Shown piece by piece: positions 1 through 9,800 of a stretch of DNA of 64,000 nucleotides. Both the position numbers and the translations under genes were made by a program. The DNA is from Sedimentisphaerales bacterium (lineage in GTDB: Bacteria > Planctomycetota > Phycisphaerae > Sedimentisphaerales > SM23-30): contig OY759675.1 of NCBI GenBank assembly GCA_963662515.1, positions 3,303,283 to 3,367,282 of the forward strand. The letters are read 5' to 3'. Positions within the stretch are counted from its first letter, which is position 1. Each line of letters opens with the position of its first letter. The notes below the pieces were generated by a model. That model was not told the origin of the DNA, searched no databases, and worked only from the letters and a program-made list of their open reading frames with translations.

Positions 1-1398
1 CCTGAACCAGTTGCAGATATAGAAATTTGCAGCATACCTGCGGTAGTGCCATTTAAAAAGAAAATATCAAAGTTTCACACCTTTATTACTGCTATTGCCG
101 CACTACTGCTGATGGCGATCTCATTATTAATAATGTTCCCAATGCAGCCATCTGTACCTTTAGGTAAAGTTTCAGCGACAATGAACGCTGTATGGAAAAA
201 TGGCGACAATTACTATTCTGGCAATAACATCTACGCTCGATCCACCCTGAAACTGGAACAGGGCTGCGCGGTCCTTACATTTAATAATAATGCCGAAATA
301 GTAATACAGTCACCCGCTGAAATCGAAATTGAGAATGATAAACAGATATTTCTGACCAGTGGTAAGATCTCAGCTGTTATACCTGAAACCGCAGAAGGTT
401 TTATCGTTCGCACTATAGGCGCTTCCGTTGTCGATTATGGCACAGAATTTGGTGTTACTACAGATAAAACAGGAACTACACAGGCTCATGTCTTTCTGGG
501 AAATGTAGAGCTAAGAAGCGGTTCTGACCCGGTCAGATTTACCGGTAGAAAAACACTTGTTGGCGGAGAAGCATGTTTTGTCAAAGATGGGATTCTGTCT
601 GATAAGATAACTAAGGCACAGCCTGAATCTTTCATTCGCAACCTGCCCACCAAAAAAACCTTTGGAGTACCTGGTCATAGAATAGACCTGGTAGATATTC
701 TGGGCAAAGGAAGCGGCTTTGGTTCCAGTAGAGAAGATGTTTGCATTGACCCCAGAACTGGACTAGTCTCTTCTAAAATAACATTCGATAACCGGTTTGC
801 CACAGAATATCGCTATCACCAGATAACCAACATACCCTGTGTTGACGGAGTGTTTGTTCCATTAGGTACAAATAAGCCGGAGGTGATATCTTCTAAAGGG
901 CATATCTTCATAGACAGTCCCACTACCAGCGGCTGTTACTGGTCTGACATATCCAATAACCCAGTCACCAGCATGAACAGTTTCTATGACAAAGACCCAG
1001 ATATTGAACCTGCAAAATGTAACAATATTATATACGGCAGCGATCTGCACCCGGCCATTACCGTACACGCCAATGCAGGCATAACCTTTGACCTGGATCA
1101 GATAAGAGCAATGAACCCTGGGGCCAGGATCTCTGGATTTAGCACTATCTGTGGCGTATCTGACACTCTGAACCGGGCAGACAGATATCCTGATCAAGTA
1201 GCAGATATGTGGATACTACTTGATGGCGAAACGATTCATAATGTCCAGATTGGTACTAAAAAGACTTCTACACTGGTTGAAATGGAGATCATGGACAATC
1301 ACAAGTTCCTGACCCTGATCTCTACCGAAGGTCCGGACGGAACCGGCGGTGACTGGACCTTCTTTGGCGATGCCGGACTTATGCTCGAACCAAATTAA
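1..1398 (+). CDS. FecR-domain anti-sigma factor-like membrane protein with C-terminal NPCBM/NEW2-like domain (5' end outside window)
   Basis: Frame is open from base 1; TM helix (FITAIAALLLMAISLLIMF); FecR-like GFIVRT..VVDYGTEFGV..HVFLGNVEL; C-terminal HANAGITFDL..FLTLISTEG..DWTFFGDA. Confidence 0.8.
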   Translation, partial: PEPVADIEICSIPAVVPFKKKISKFHTFITAIAALLLMAISLLIMFPMQPSVPLGKVSATMNAVWKNGDNYYSGNNIYARSTLKLEQGCAVLTFNNNAEIVIQSPAEIEIENDKQIFLTSGKISAVIPETAEGFIVRTIGASVVDYGTEFGVTTDKTGTTQAHVFLGNVELRSGSDPVRFTGRKTLVGGEACFVKDGILSDKITKAQPESFIRNLPTKKTFGVPGHRIDLVDILGKGSGFGSSREDVCIDPRTGLVSSKITFDNRFATEYRYHQITNIPCVDGVFVPLGTNKPEVISSKGHIFIDSPTTSGCYWSDISNNPVTSMNSFYDKDPDIEPAKCNNIIYGSDLHPAITVHANAGITFDLDQIRAMNPGARISGFSTICGVSDTLNRADRYPDQVADMWILLDGETIHNVQIGTKKTSTLVEMEIMDNHKFLTLISTEGPDGTGGDWTFFGDAGLMLEPN

Positions 1399-1593
1399 AG
1401 AACATTGAATAATATAGCCATAACTGAAAAAAAGGCTAAAGGCAAAAGAGAAGAAAACACAATGGGATTACTTGAATAATTCGGCTAGCAAATTCCTGCT
1501 GGTCATACGGAGATTCCCCGTTTAATTCTAACGGTTTTGCTTTATTAAAGACAAAACCATAACTATTTAATCTTTTGATCAAGGAGATCTGTA

Positions 1594-3732
1594 ATGTTGA
1601 AAAGAAGAAGGTTGTTTTTGGCAAGTACATTATCACTCGCCCTGCTCTCACTTGGACAAGCAAAGGCTGATACCGTTATCGGCCTTAACATTAGCGGTCC
1701 ATGGACTCCCCCTCACCTTGCTGGTGAAACAGCAGATGGTTTTAGCAATTGGACCGACTCTCAACCAGTCGGCGGCGGCGAAACATCTAACGGAAATAAT
1801 ATTATCCTGAATGGCAGCAACAGCAGCGTATCAGCCAGCTTCTCTGCCGGCAATCTCTGGGCAGCAGGCCCTGAAGTAACCAGTGAAGAACAGCTCTATC
1901 GTATTTATCTCGATGATGGAGGCAATGGCGCTTCAATTTCTATTTCCGGACTAAGTGCCTGGCTGGCAAGCGAACAATTAAGCTCTTATGAGGTTACCGT
2001 CTATCAGAATACAGATAATGGCCTTGGCTTTACCCCGATCGATATAACCACTGATTCCATTATCCTTGATACTATACAAATAAGTGATATTGTTACCACT
2101 GGCAGCACCCACGGAAAGGTAACTTCCAGATATCTTTCTGCTGACATGATCACGATCAAACCGCAGCCTCGTACCGGCAACGACAGCACTGCCACTCGCG
2201 GCTGCCTCTCTGGAGTAAAGATCACAGGCGTAAGCAAGTTTTATGCTGTAGAACCAACTCCACTTTACAACAATAATCCGACACAGACCACTCAGCAGCT
2301 AAGTTGGCAACAGGTTGCCGCCGCTGCTGATCAGGGCGTTACTTATAATGTATATTTTGGCACTGCTAATACTTTTTATAGCACTGACCCTAATGATGAG
2401 CCAAACACTCCCAATCCGGACTATTACGGTGTAAACCTGGTAAAAACCACAACAACTGCCCCTGCTGACTTCTTCTATGCCCCTACAACAGCATTACAAA
2501 ACAGCACCAGATACTACTGGCGGGTCGATGCCCTGGTACCAGGCATAGCCACTCCCTTTACTGGTAATGAATGGACATTTGTTACCGCTCCACCATCAAC
2601 TGTGATTACCAGCAGCCCAATGAGCCAGACTGTTGCCGCCGGCACAGCTCAGGTCCAGCTCTCAGTTGGCGCTATTAACGCCACAACTTATCAGTGGTAT
2701 AAAAATGGCGAGTTACTCGCTGACGATAGTACCGACACATTATACACTGGCGAAGACACAGCGACCATTACCATATACGATGTCCAGGTTAGCGATGAAG
2801 GATTCTATCATTGTATAGCCGACAACAGCCTGTTACAACCAGTTGCTTCCAATACCGCTCAATTGCTGACCAAACGCATAATGAGCTGGTGGAAATTCGA
2901 TGGTAACATTTTGGACTCTGTTGCAACCTTAATACCTGATGCTACCGCTCATGATGGTGTAATGTATTCGACTCCGGCACTAAATACGCCTGCCGTTGAG
3001 TACACAGGCTCACTGGATTATACTAATGGCATGATCGATCAGGGCCTGAAGTTCAATCCAGACATCACATTAGAAAATTCCACCACATACTTTGCTGCCT
3101 TTGGTTCTAATTTCGATATGAACTTCACACCACGCGGCTTTACCGTTGCCCTGTGGTTCAAAACAACTCAGTCTGACTGGGGAGCGATCATTGGCAAAGG
3201 TCGTCGCGAAACCAATGGCTGGATAATGGAACATCAAGGCAATAACCTTAGTCTCGTATTCAGAGGGGGAGGCACAGCTACGATCAATTCAGCTTCTATA
3301 GCAGACGGCCAGTGGCACCTGCTTGTAGGAACTTATGACCCGGCTAAAGGCAAGGTCGAACTATATGCCAGTGCCGTTGATGGTGCAGGTCAGAACAGAC
3401 TCAAGTACGCCAGTGCCAATACCACTCCTCCTAGCGTAATCACCGATCAGCCAATGACAATTGGTGTGGAATTAGACCCAACATCTACTAATATTTACAC
3501 AATGGTTTCTGGCGAAGTAGATGATGTAAGAATGTATAGCTATGCCATGACTGACCTTGAGATCGCAGAGTTATTATTCAACCCGGCTACCAGTGCCCAG
3601 ATTTGTGTAGAGTCACAGATTGGTGCAGAAGCCACATATGACTTCAACAATGATTGTCATATTAACATTCTTGACCTTGCCAGTTTTGCCCAGTATTGGA
3701 TGGAATGTAATATTTATCCAAATTGTCAATAA
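1594..3732 (+). CDS. Secreted multidomain protein: Ig-like, LamG-like jellyroll, C-terminal dockerin-like EF-hand
   Basis: RBS AAGGAG; signal peptide; YYWRVD, YQWYKNG..DEGFYHC (Ig); WWKFDG..WHLLVGTYD..VDDVRMY (LamG); YDFNNDCHINILDLASFAQYW. Confidence 0.8.
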   Translation: MLKRRRLFLASTLSLALLSLGQAKADTVIGLNISGPWTPPHLAGETADGFSNWTDSQPVGGGETSNGNNIILNGSNSSVSASFSAGNLWAAGPEVTSEEQLYRIYLDDGGNGASISISGLSAWLASEQLSSYEVTVYQNTDNGLGFTPIDITTDSIILDTIQISDIVTTGSTHGKVTSRYLSADMITIKPQPRTGNDSTATRGCLSGVKITGVSKFYAVEPTPLYNNNPTQTTQQLSWQQVAAAADQGVTYNVYFGTANTFYSTDPNDEPNTPNPDYYGVNLVKTTTTAPADFFYAPTTALQNSTRYYWRVDALVPGIATPFTGNEWTFVTAPPSTVITSSPMSQTVAAGTAQVQLSVGAINATTYQWYKNGELLADDSTDTLYTGEDTATITIYDVQVSDEGFYHCIADNSLLQPVASNTAQLLTKRIMSWWKFDGNILDSVATLIPDATAHDGVMYSTPALNTPAVEYTGSLDYTNGMIDQGLKFNPDITLENSTTYFAAFGSNFDMNFTPRGFTVALWFKTTQSDWGAIIGKGRRETNGWIMEHQGNNLSLVFRGGGTATINSASIADGQWHLLVGTYDPAKGKVELYASAVDGAGQNRLKYASANTTPPSVITDQPMTIGVELDPTSTNIYTMVSGEVDDVRMYSYAMTDLEIAELLFNPATSAQICVESQIGAEATYDFNNDCHINILDLASFAQYWMECNIYPNCQ

Positions 3733-3760
3733 TTGTATTGTGTTCGTATGCACTAGTTCA

Positions 3761-3801
3761 TTTTTAGTCTGCCGGCATTCAATTGTCGGCAGACTAAAAA
3801 A
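3761..3801. terminator. Intrinsic terminator-like hairpin
   Basis: tttttagtctgccggca / tgtcggcagactaaaaa inverted repeat between convergent genes. Confidence 0.7.
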
Positions 3802-3914
3802 TCTTAGAGTATCTAAATAGTCGCATGTGACATAAATACCGAACTTATATGGTCCGGAAATACAATTACGACTTTCTCTACAGATTCGGACTCCGTTTAC
3901 AAATGCAAGAGGCG

Positions 3915-4391
3915 TTATGTTAATATTTTGCTTAGGTCATTTGAAAATTGAGATAGAGTAAAAAACTCTACCAATAAAAATATTTCAAACCTTTCCCTTT
4001 TAAAAAACCGGCATATCGCCCAAAGCTGATATGCCGGTTTTTTATTTAACTCAAGTACGACAACACTCTTCCCACAGCCTATAAATGCCGCTTGACGAAG
4101 GCATGAAATGTACTGGCGTTGCCGTTTAGCTAACTCGTTTAATTCATTGAAGTTACCGGCTATTAAGGCGGTTTTCTTCGCTTTGGACCATTTTTTGATC
4201 TGGTGTTCTCGTTGTATAGCCTGCGTTTCGGTCTGATGTTGCTCGTACCAGACCAGAGTCACAGGCACTCTGGCTGCGGTATAACCAGAGCCACGACCAG
4301 CATTATGAACAGCCACTCGCTGGCTAATATCCCCAGTATGACCAACATAATAACTGGAATCGGAACATCTTAATATATAGGTAAACCACAT
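3915..4391 (-). CDS. GIY-YIG nuclease family protein (UPF0213/YazA-like); core about 93 aa plus a probably non-functional 3' extension
   Basis: YILRCSDSSYYVGHT..RVAVHNAGRG..REHQIKKWSKAKK. Confidence 0.85.
   Translation of the reverse strand: MWFTYILRCSDSSYYVGHTGDISQRVAVHNAGRGSGYTAARVPVTLVWYEQHQTETQAIQREHQIKKWSKAKKTALIAGNFNELNELAKRQRQYISCLRQAAFIGCGKSVVVLELNKKPAYQLWAICRFFKRERFEIFLLVEFFTLSQFSNDLSKILT
4001..4044. terminator. Strong bidirectional intrinsic terminator inside the GIY-YIG ORF tail
   Basis: Perfect 17-bp arms taaaaaaccggcatatc / gatatgccggtttttta, giving a U-tract on both strands. Confidence 0.8.
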
Positions 4392-4397
4392 AAAGAG

Positions 4398-4516
4398 TCC
4401 TTCGATGCGCTTCGCTTACTCAGGACATTCGACTCGCACACCTGCGAAATTTGTCCAACTTCCACCGGGGTTTCTTCTCGGATGGCCTGCCATGAGCGAG
4501 CGCAGCGAGTCGAATG
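4398..4516. repeat. REP-like palindromic element between tmRNA and the GIY-YIG gene
   Basis: gtccttcgatgcgcttcgcttactcaggac hairpin; perfect 12-bp inverted repeat cattcgactcgc (4426-4437) / gcgagtcgaatg (4505-4516); gagcgcagcga also occurs at 53821. Confidence 0.6.
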
Positions 4517-4869
4517 GAGGCGGGGGGAATCGAACCCCCGTCCCGAGATGAATCAGTATAGGCCTCTACATGTTTAGTCAGTTATTTGAATCTCACCTTG
4601 AGGTCTCCAACAGACAGGATACCTTTTCGGCCAGTCCAATGTATGATCTCACCAGCTTCGCATCAGACAGCCAAAGCCAGCCAGCCTGCTAATTGACGCC
4701 CACATTCACCAGCAGGCGTCGTGGTGTGGACGGGCGCCTTTAATTAGGCAGCCATACGCAACTGAGAGTTGCCATTTAAGTTTTGTTGCCGGAATGATTA
4801 ACCAGGCCAACCGACATCCTGGACATGCCACCTACACCTCAAGCTATCCGGTCGATACCTGTCGCCCCC
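4515..4869 (-). ncRNA. ssrA: tmRNA, predicted tag (A)GNSQLRMAA*
   Basis: 5' GGGGGCG pairs with 3' CGCCTCC-A including G3:U70; T-arm GGGGGTTCGATTCCCCC; tag ORF at 4773-4744 ends GCT GCC TAA; CCA not encoded. Confidence 0.95.
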
Positions 4870-4895
4870 GACATCTCAAGTGTATGTAGAGCCTT

Positions 4896-4924
4896 ATTGT
4901 AACTATAAAAAAAGTACAAAGCAA
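4896..4924 (-). promoter_or_regulatory. Sigma70-type promoter of ssrA
   Basis: TTGCTT-N17-TACAAT. Confidence 0.6.
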
Positions 4925-5091
4925 GGTCTATTGTGACCATAAAGAAAATACGCCCATAGCAGACAAGTGTCAAATAATAAGCAAAATCAACATAACACAT
5001 CTAACAATAAACACTTACGCAAACAAAACAACCAAATACCGAATTAATCAAATAGGCGAGATCTGGTAATATCAGATAATTAATAACAATA

Positions 5092-6600
5092 TTAATTATC
5101 TGTCAGAAGTCTCGCTTTTATATCGGCTGGTATTTTGGCTCCACCAGGCCCGTTATAAGGATACAGATCAAAGCCAGTATAGCCTGGCTCACTCACACGA
5201 GGGTCATTATGACGAGCCAGCTCTTTCTGGAGTTTTGCGTCTAATTCTGCCAGCAAATCGGAATATGCCGGGTCAGCAGCTAAGTTATGCGTCTGCCCCA
5301 GATCATTCTTAACATCATAAAGCTCCTGGGCCGGCCGTTTTGCAAAGCAGAGTTCATACGCCCTGCTATGCTCAGGATCTTTGTCCTTATTCAGGACGAT
5401 ATAGTTCTTGGTAGGACTGGCATCACAATCAGCCAGCCACTGGTCCGGGTAATTGGTATAGCCAAGGCGGTCTGTGCCTGCCGGCCACCGCTGTGGCGAA
5501 TAGTTCCTGATATAAAGATAATTAAAATCACGATATGCACGAGATGGATAACCGCCCATATCTGGCCTTTCCTGGGCAGGAACATGTCGTTCCCGACCAA
5601 AAACCACACTACTGCGATTATCTGGATCAACCAGCCCTGATGCATTACCCTTGAGAACAGTAGCAAAACTTCTGCCAGTCATATCAGCCGGCACTGTTAT
5701 GCCGGTAAGTTCAAGCAGAGTAGGAGCAATATCGGCAAAAGAAATAAAGTCCTGAACCTCCAGGCCAGGTGTTACCCCCTTTCCCCAACGAACAACAAAT
5801 GGCACACGCACACCACAATCATATAAATTACCCTTACAGCGTGGGAAGGGCATACCATGATCGCCTGTCATTATGATTATAGTATTTTCAAGCAGCCCTC
5901 TCTTTTCCAACTCGGCAATTGCACTGCCCACCAGGGCATCCCAGCGTTGTACCTCATAATAATAATCTGCAATATCACTTCTAATGTCAGGGCTGTCGGG
6001 GAACTGCTCGAACATTTTCACCCTGGCAGGGTCTATACCACTTGCCAGGCCAGTACCCTTATCATAGGGGCGATGCGGGTCTGATGTCCCCAGCCAGAAA
6101 AAGAAAGGTTCTTCTTTCCCCTGATTTTCTGACAGAAAATCTGCCAGGCCATCATAAGCTTTCGCACCGGCAGGATGAGCACCATGATATTCCTGCCATG
6201 GTCTAATATCGCCTGGCCCCCAGGTTTTAGCTTTGGTATAGCCAGTCAGATAATTATTGCGAGCAAGTATATGAACTACACTATCATGCTCAACCGGCAG
6301 GCAACTTTGCAGATTCACACCAGAACCCAACTGCCAGGGATATTTTCCGGTAACAACCGAGTTACGACTGGGACTGCATGAAGGGCTGGTCACATAAGCA
6401 TTATGAAACAACATACCCTCGCGACTGAGCCGATCAAAACTTGGGGTATCAACTCCGCCATCACCATAAGCCCCGGCATGAGGCCAGCCCCAGTCATCTG
6501 CCAGACAGAACAATATATTGGGCCGCTGCTGGGCTATTAAATTATCACTGATCAAGGATAACAAATAAAACGACAGAACGATTCTAAACAATGTTTTCAT
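5092..6600 (-). CDS. Secreted Cys-type (formylglycine) sulfatase, N-sulfoglucosamine sulfohydrolase-like
   Basis: Signal peptide; RPNILFCLADD, SCSPSR, DPHRPY, GDHGMPFPRCKGNLYD. Confidence 0.9.
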   Translation of the reverse strand: MKTLFRIVLSFYLLSLISDNLIAQQRPNILFCLADDWGWPHAGAYGDGGVDTPSFDRLSREGMLFHNAYVTSPSCSPSRNSVVTGKYPWQLGSGVNLQSCLPVEHDSVVHILARNNYLTGYTKAKTWGPGDIRPWQEYHGAHPAGAKAYDGLADFLSENQGKEEPFFFWLGTSDPHRPYDKGTGLASGIDPARVKMFEQFPDSPDIRSDIADYYYEVQRWDALVGSAIAELEKRGLLENTIIIMTGDHGMPFPRCKGNLYDCGVRVPFVVRWGKGVTPGLEVQDFISFADIAPTLLELTGITVPADMTGRSFATVLKGNASGLVDPDNRSSVVFGRERHVPAQERPDMGGYPSRAYRDFNYLYIRNYSPQRWPAGTDRLGYTNYPDQWLADCDASPTKNYIVLNKDKDPEHSRAYELCFAKRPAQELYDVKNDLGQTHNLAADPAYSDLLAELDAKLQKELARHNDPRVSEPGYTGFDLYPYNGPGGAKIPADIKARLLTDN

Positions 6601-6766
6601 AGTTATTGAATTTTATTACTAATCAAATGAAATACAATAACAAACCAATGAAACAAGTCATAAAAAACCATAAAAACAAGATTATTCAAACATTATGCAA
6701 TATTATTGAACAAAAAAACAATTACAATAAAATCTATACTTTGAAGCAGCGTTATGTAAAAACTAA

Positions 6767-6802
6767 GTAACCGTTCCCAGTAAAAAAACAGGGAACGGTT
6801 AC
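6767..6802 (-). terminator. Hairpin/terminator downstream of the GH31 gene
   Basis: gtaaccgttccc / gggaacggttac 12-bp arms. Confidence 0.6.
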
Positions 6803-6815
6803 ATTTTATTAACAG

Positions 6816-9800
6816 TTATTGAATGGTCAAAACACAACCATCTCCATCATCTACGATCTTAACCCAAAGTATATTTGCTTCACTGTCAAAATACCAGCCG
6901 CTTTGTGCCAACCGGAATGATGACTCATCTGTATATTGGTTGAGCGTAGTGCTATTTGCAGTAACCAGAACCGGCACAGCCTCAGTATAATTAAAACGAC
7001 AATAATAATCACGAGGCAATACCGGCGAATACAGCTCCGGAGCATTAACCTGGGCCGCACCTATTACAAACCTGACAATATCACCTGTATTCTCATAGTC
7101 ATATTGTGTCAATGAGTAGGCATTATCAATCAGATAATTGCGGGTTATACCATCATCTTCATAAAGAGTATAAGTGGAATTACCAATAACCGGATATATA
7201 TCAAGGGTTATTTCATCCAGAGGCAATTCATCGGCATAGCGGATAGCCGGTCCGGTCGGAATAATAGCACCAGCCTTTACAAATACAGGTATCTCATCAA
7301 GCTGGGCACTAACAGTAATATTCTGCGGCCCGGTATATTTTGTACCTTTGAAATAATCATACCAATCACCTGCTGGTATCCAGACACTTACATTAGTAGC
7401 ATTTTCGCTTAACGCCGGTGCCACCAGGAACCAATCACCCCAGAAATACTGGTTCTGTTTAGTCCAGGCAACAGTGTCATTCTGATACTCCAATGCCATT
7501 GCCCGCATCATAGGAATACCAGCCGAATAGCCCTGCCAGGCGGTAGTATATATGTAAGGAAACAGCTTATATCGCAAATTCAGATATTTGCGTAAAATAC
7601 TCTGCGCATTAGCACTATAAAGCCATGGTTCACGACCATCATGACCATGAGCCCGCATTATTGAACAAAATGAGCCAAACTCTGCTACCCATCTTATATA
7701 CAGATTATCAGAAGGCTTAGCCTTAAAACCGCCCAGATCATGGGAGAACCATGGATAACCTGAAAGCCCTACCGCCTGCTGATTTACAATCTGCTTATTC
7801 ATTTCACTTATGCTATTTTCAATATCACCAGACCAGGCACAGGCATAATGATGACCAGCATAACCTCCTCGAGTTATAAACATAGGACGCTGCTGCGTAG
7901 TATATTCCAGCCATTTCTCATGCACAACCTTAGCAGAGCGATTGGCCATAAGATTATCTCCAACCACATCAAATTCATCGGGCCAGAACCAGTCGCCAAA
8001 GCCAGGTGCTATTACCGGATTAAGGTGTGCCTGCCACCACTTATCAGCGGTTACCGGGTCAGTAAAATTACCATTATCAGCTTCAGGTGTACCATAATTA
8101 TTATGCAAGCCAACATGAAAACCTAAAGCATCAGCCTGGGCGAACATATTCTCCAGATCGGGGTATCTCGCCGGGTCCCAGCGATGGGGGTTCCACTTGG
8201 CGCCCCGCCAGCCATAATCAAAGACATAGCAATCAATTGGCCAGCCGCCCCCACCATCATCTGATGGGTGACCGCCAAAACGAAGCCAGTTGATCCAATC
8301 GATAAACTCTGCCTGCGTTGCATTGTCGTTACCATACTTTGACAGCATAAAACCATAGGCCCATTTCGGGAAAAGAGCCATTTTGCCAGTCAATTCGCTA
8401 TAGTCAGCTAAAATAGACTTAAACGATGGGCCAGCCATAAACCAATAATCCAGATAATCTTCAGTAGCAAAGCCGCCAGAGGCATCAAAGGCTGTACCTT
8501 TGGCAACAGTATTCAGAAAAATGCCGTAACCAGCAGTACTCATGAAAAACGGCACTGGAACTCTGCCGTGCGTAACGGTAAACTGATCAAAGCCGCCGTT
8601 TTTATTCAATAGCCCGGCATTACCATGATCGCCACCGCCAAAGCCAAATTTTCCACCACTGCCAGGACCTTCAATACGCTTGACGCCAACGACATTGTTT
8701 TGCCAGTACATACCCTGCTGGTCATCATCTTTTGCCAGTAAAGTTGTATTATCTGCCTCATACATTTGCAGGCCAAAGGGTGACTTTTGTGCCCGAACAA
8801 CCATATCAGCAGTTGCAACTTTAATATAACTGCCTTCATCAGTAACATCAAAATCAACCTGAGGCCAGTTAAATTTCTGAACCATAAAATAATCCGGATG
8901 GCTATCGCTGCGATATTGCCTGTCAGGCGCAAGCTGTACACGAACCATACGACTATTACACATAGTCAGCTTTACCTGCGAAAGACCACAATTAAACAAT
9001 ATTTCATTACCATTTACCAGATGAGAGGTATAACCAGACAAAGCATCTGGCCGAGAAACTGTGCCCCACTGCTTGCTCAATACAGCAAAATCGTCCAACT
9101 GTATCTCTGAACTGCCAGCTAAATTAAATCCTGCGTTTTGCAGCCATGCCTGTGCCAGCAAATACAGGTCGCCAATAGCAACCTGATGGTCGTTATCAAG
9201 ATCAGCAAGCAAGCCAGATGGTTCAGAATCAAATATTTCGACCAGTAAAGGAATGGCAACACCAATTACAGTATCATTATATCTTATAGTTGAGGAAATG
9301 CCTGCCAGCTCCACGGGCTCTACTATCCCGTCAACTACAGGCAGCACAGTAACTATCTGAGGAATATTCCAGTTAGCAGAGTCAAACGACAAGACTAAAG
9401 GCTGCCCCGGCGACACTGTCCCTGATAACTGAATATCATTTTGTGTTAATGCTACTAACTGAGGGTCAATAGCAACGGTAACCTGACCAGCCGGCTGCTC
9501 TGCCAGAACGACACTAAATGTATCTGCAACCGCTCCGGCCTCAGACACCTGGGTTGCACCATCACTATGCTGCATCAGAGCAAGCACCGGCCCTACAGAT
9601 ACAGAACCTGAACCTCCGGCATACTCAACAAACATGTTATCATAAAGCTGATATAAATATAGCGAACTGTAATTTCCATAAGCCATTTCCTGACCATCAA
9701 TAACCAGAGAACCTATTATAACATTCTGGTCAATACTGGTTGTAGAACCATCTTCCAGTGCGACCCCGGCAGTGGTCAGCAGATCATAATCAATATCAAG

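Noticed and set aside
1-4514. Integrative element at tmRNA (or at tRNA-Val/tRNA-Tyr)
   Set aside because: No integrase and no duplicated 3' end of these RNAs seen in the window; a partner att site outside the window cannot be excluded
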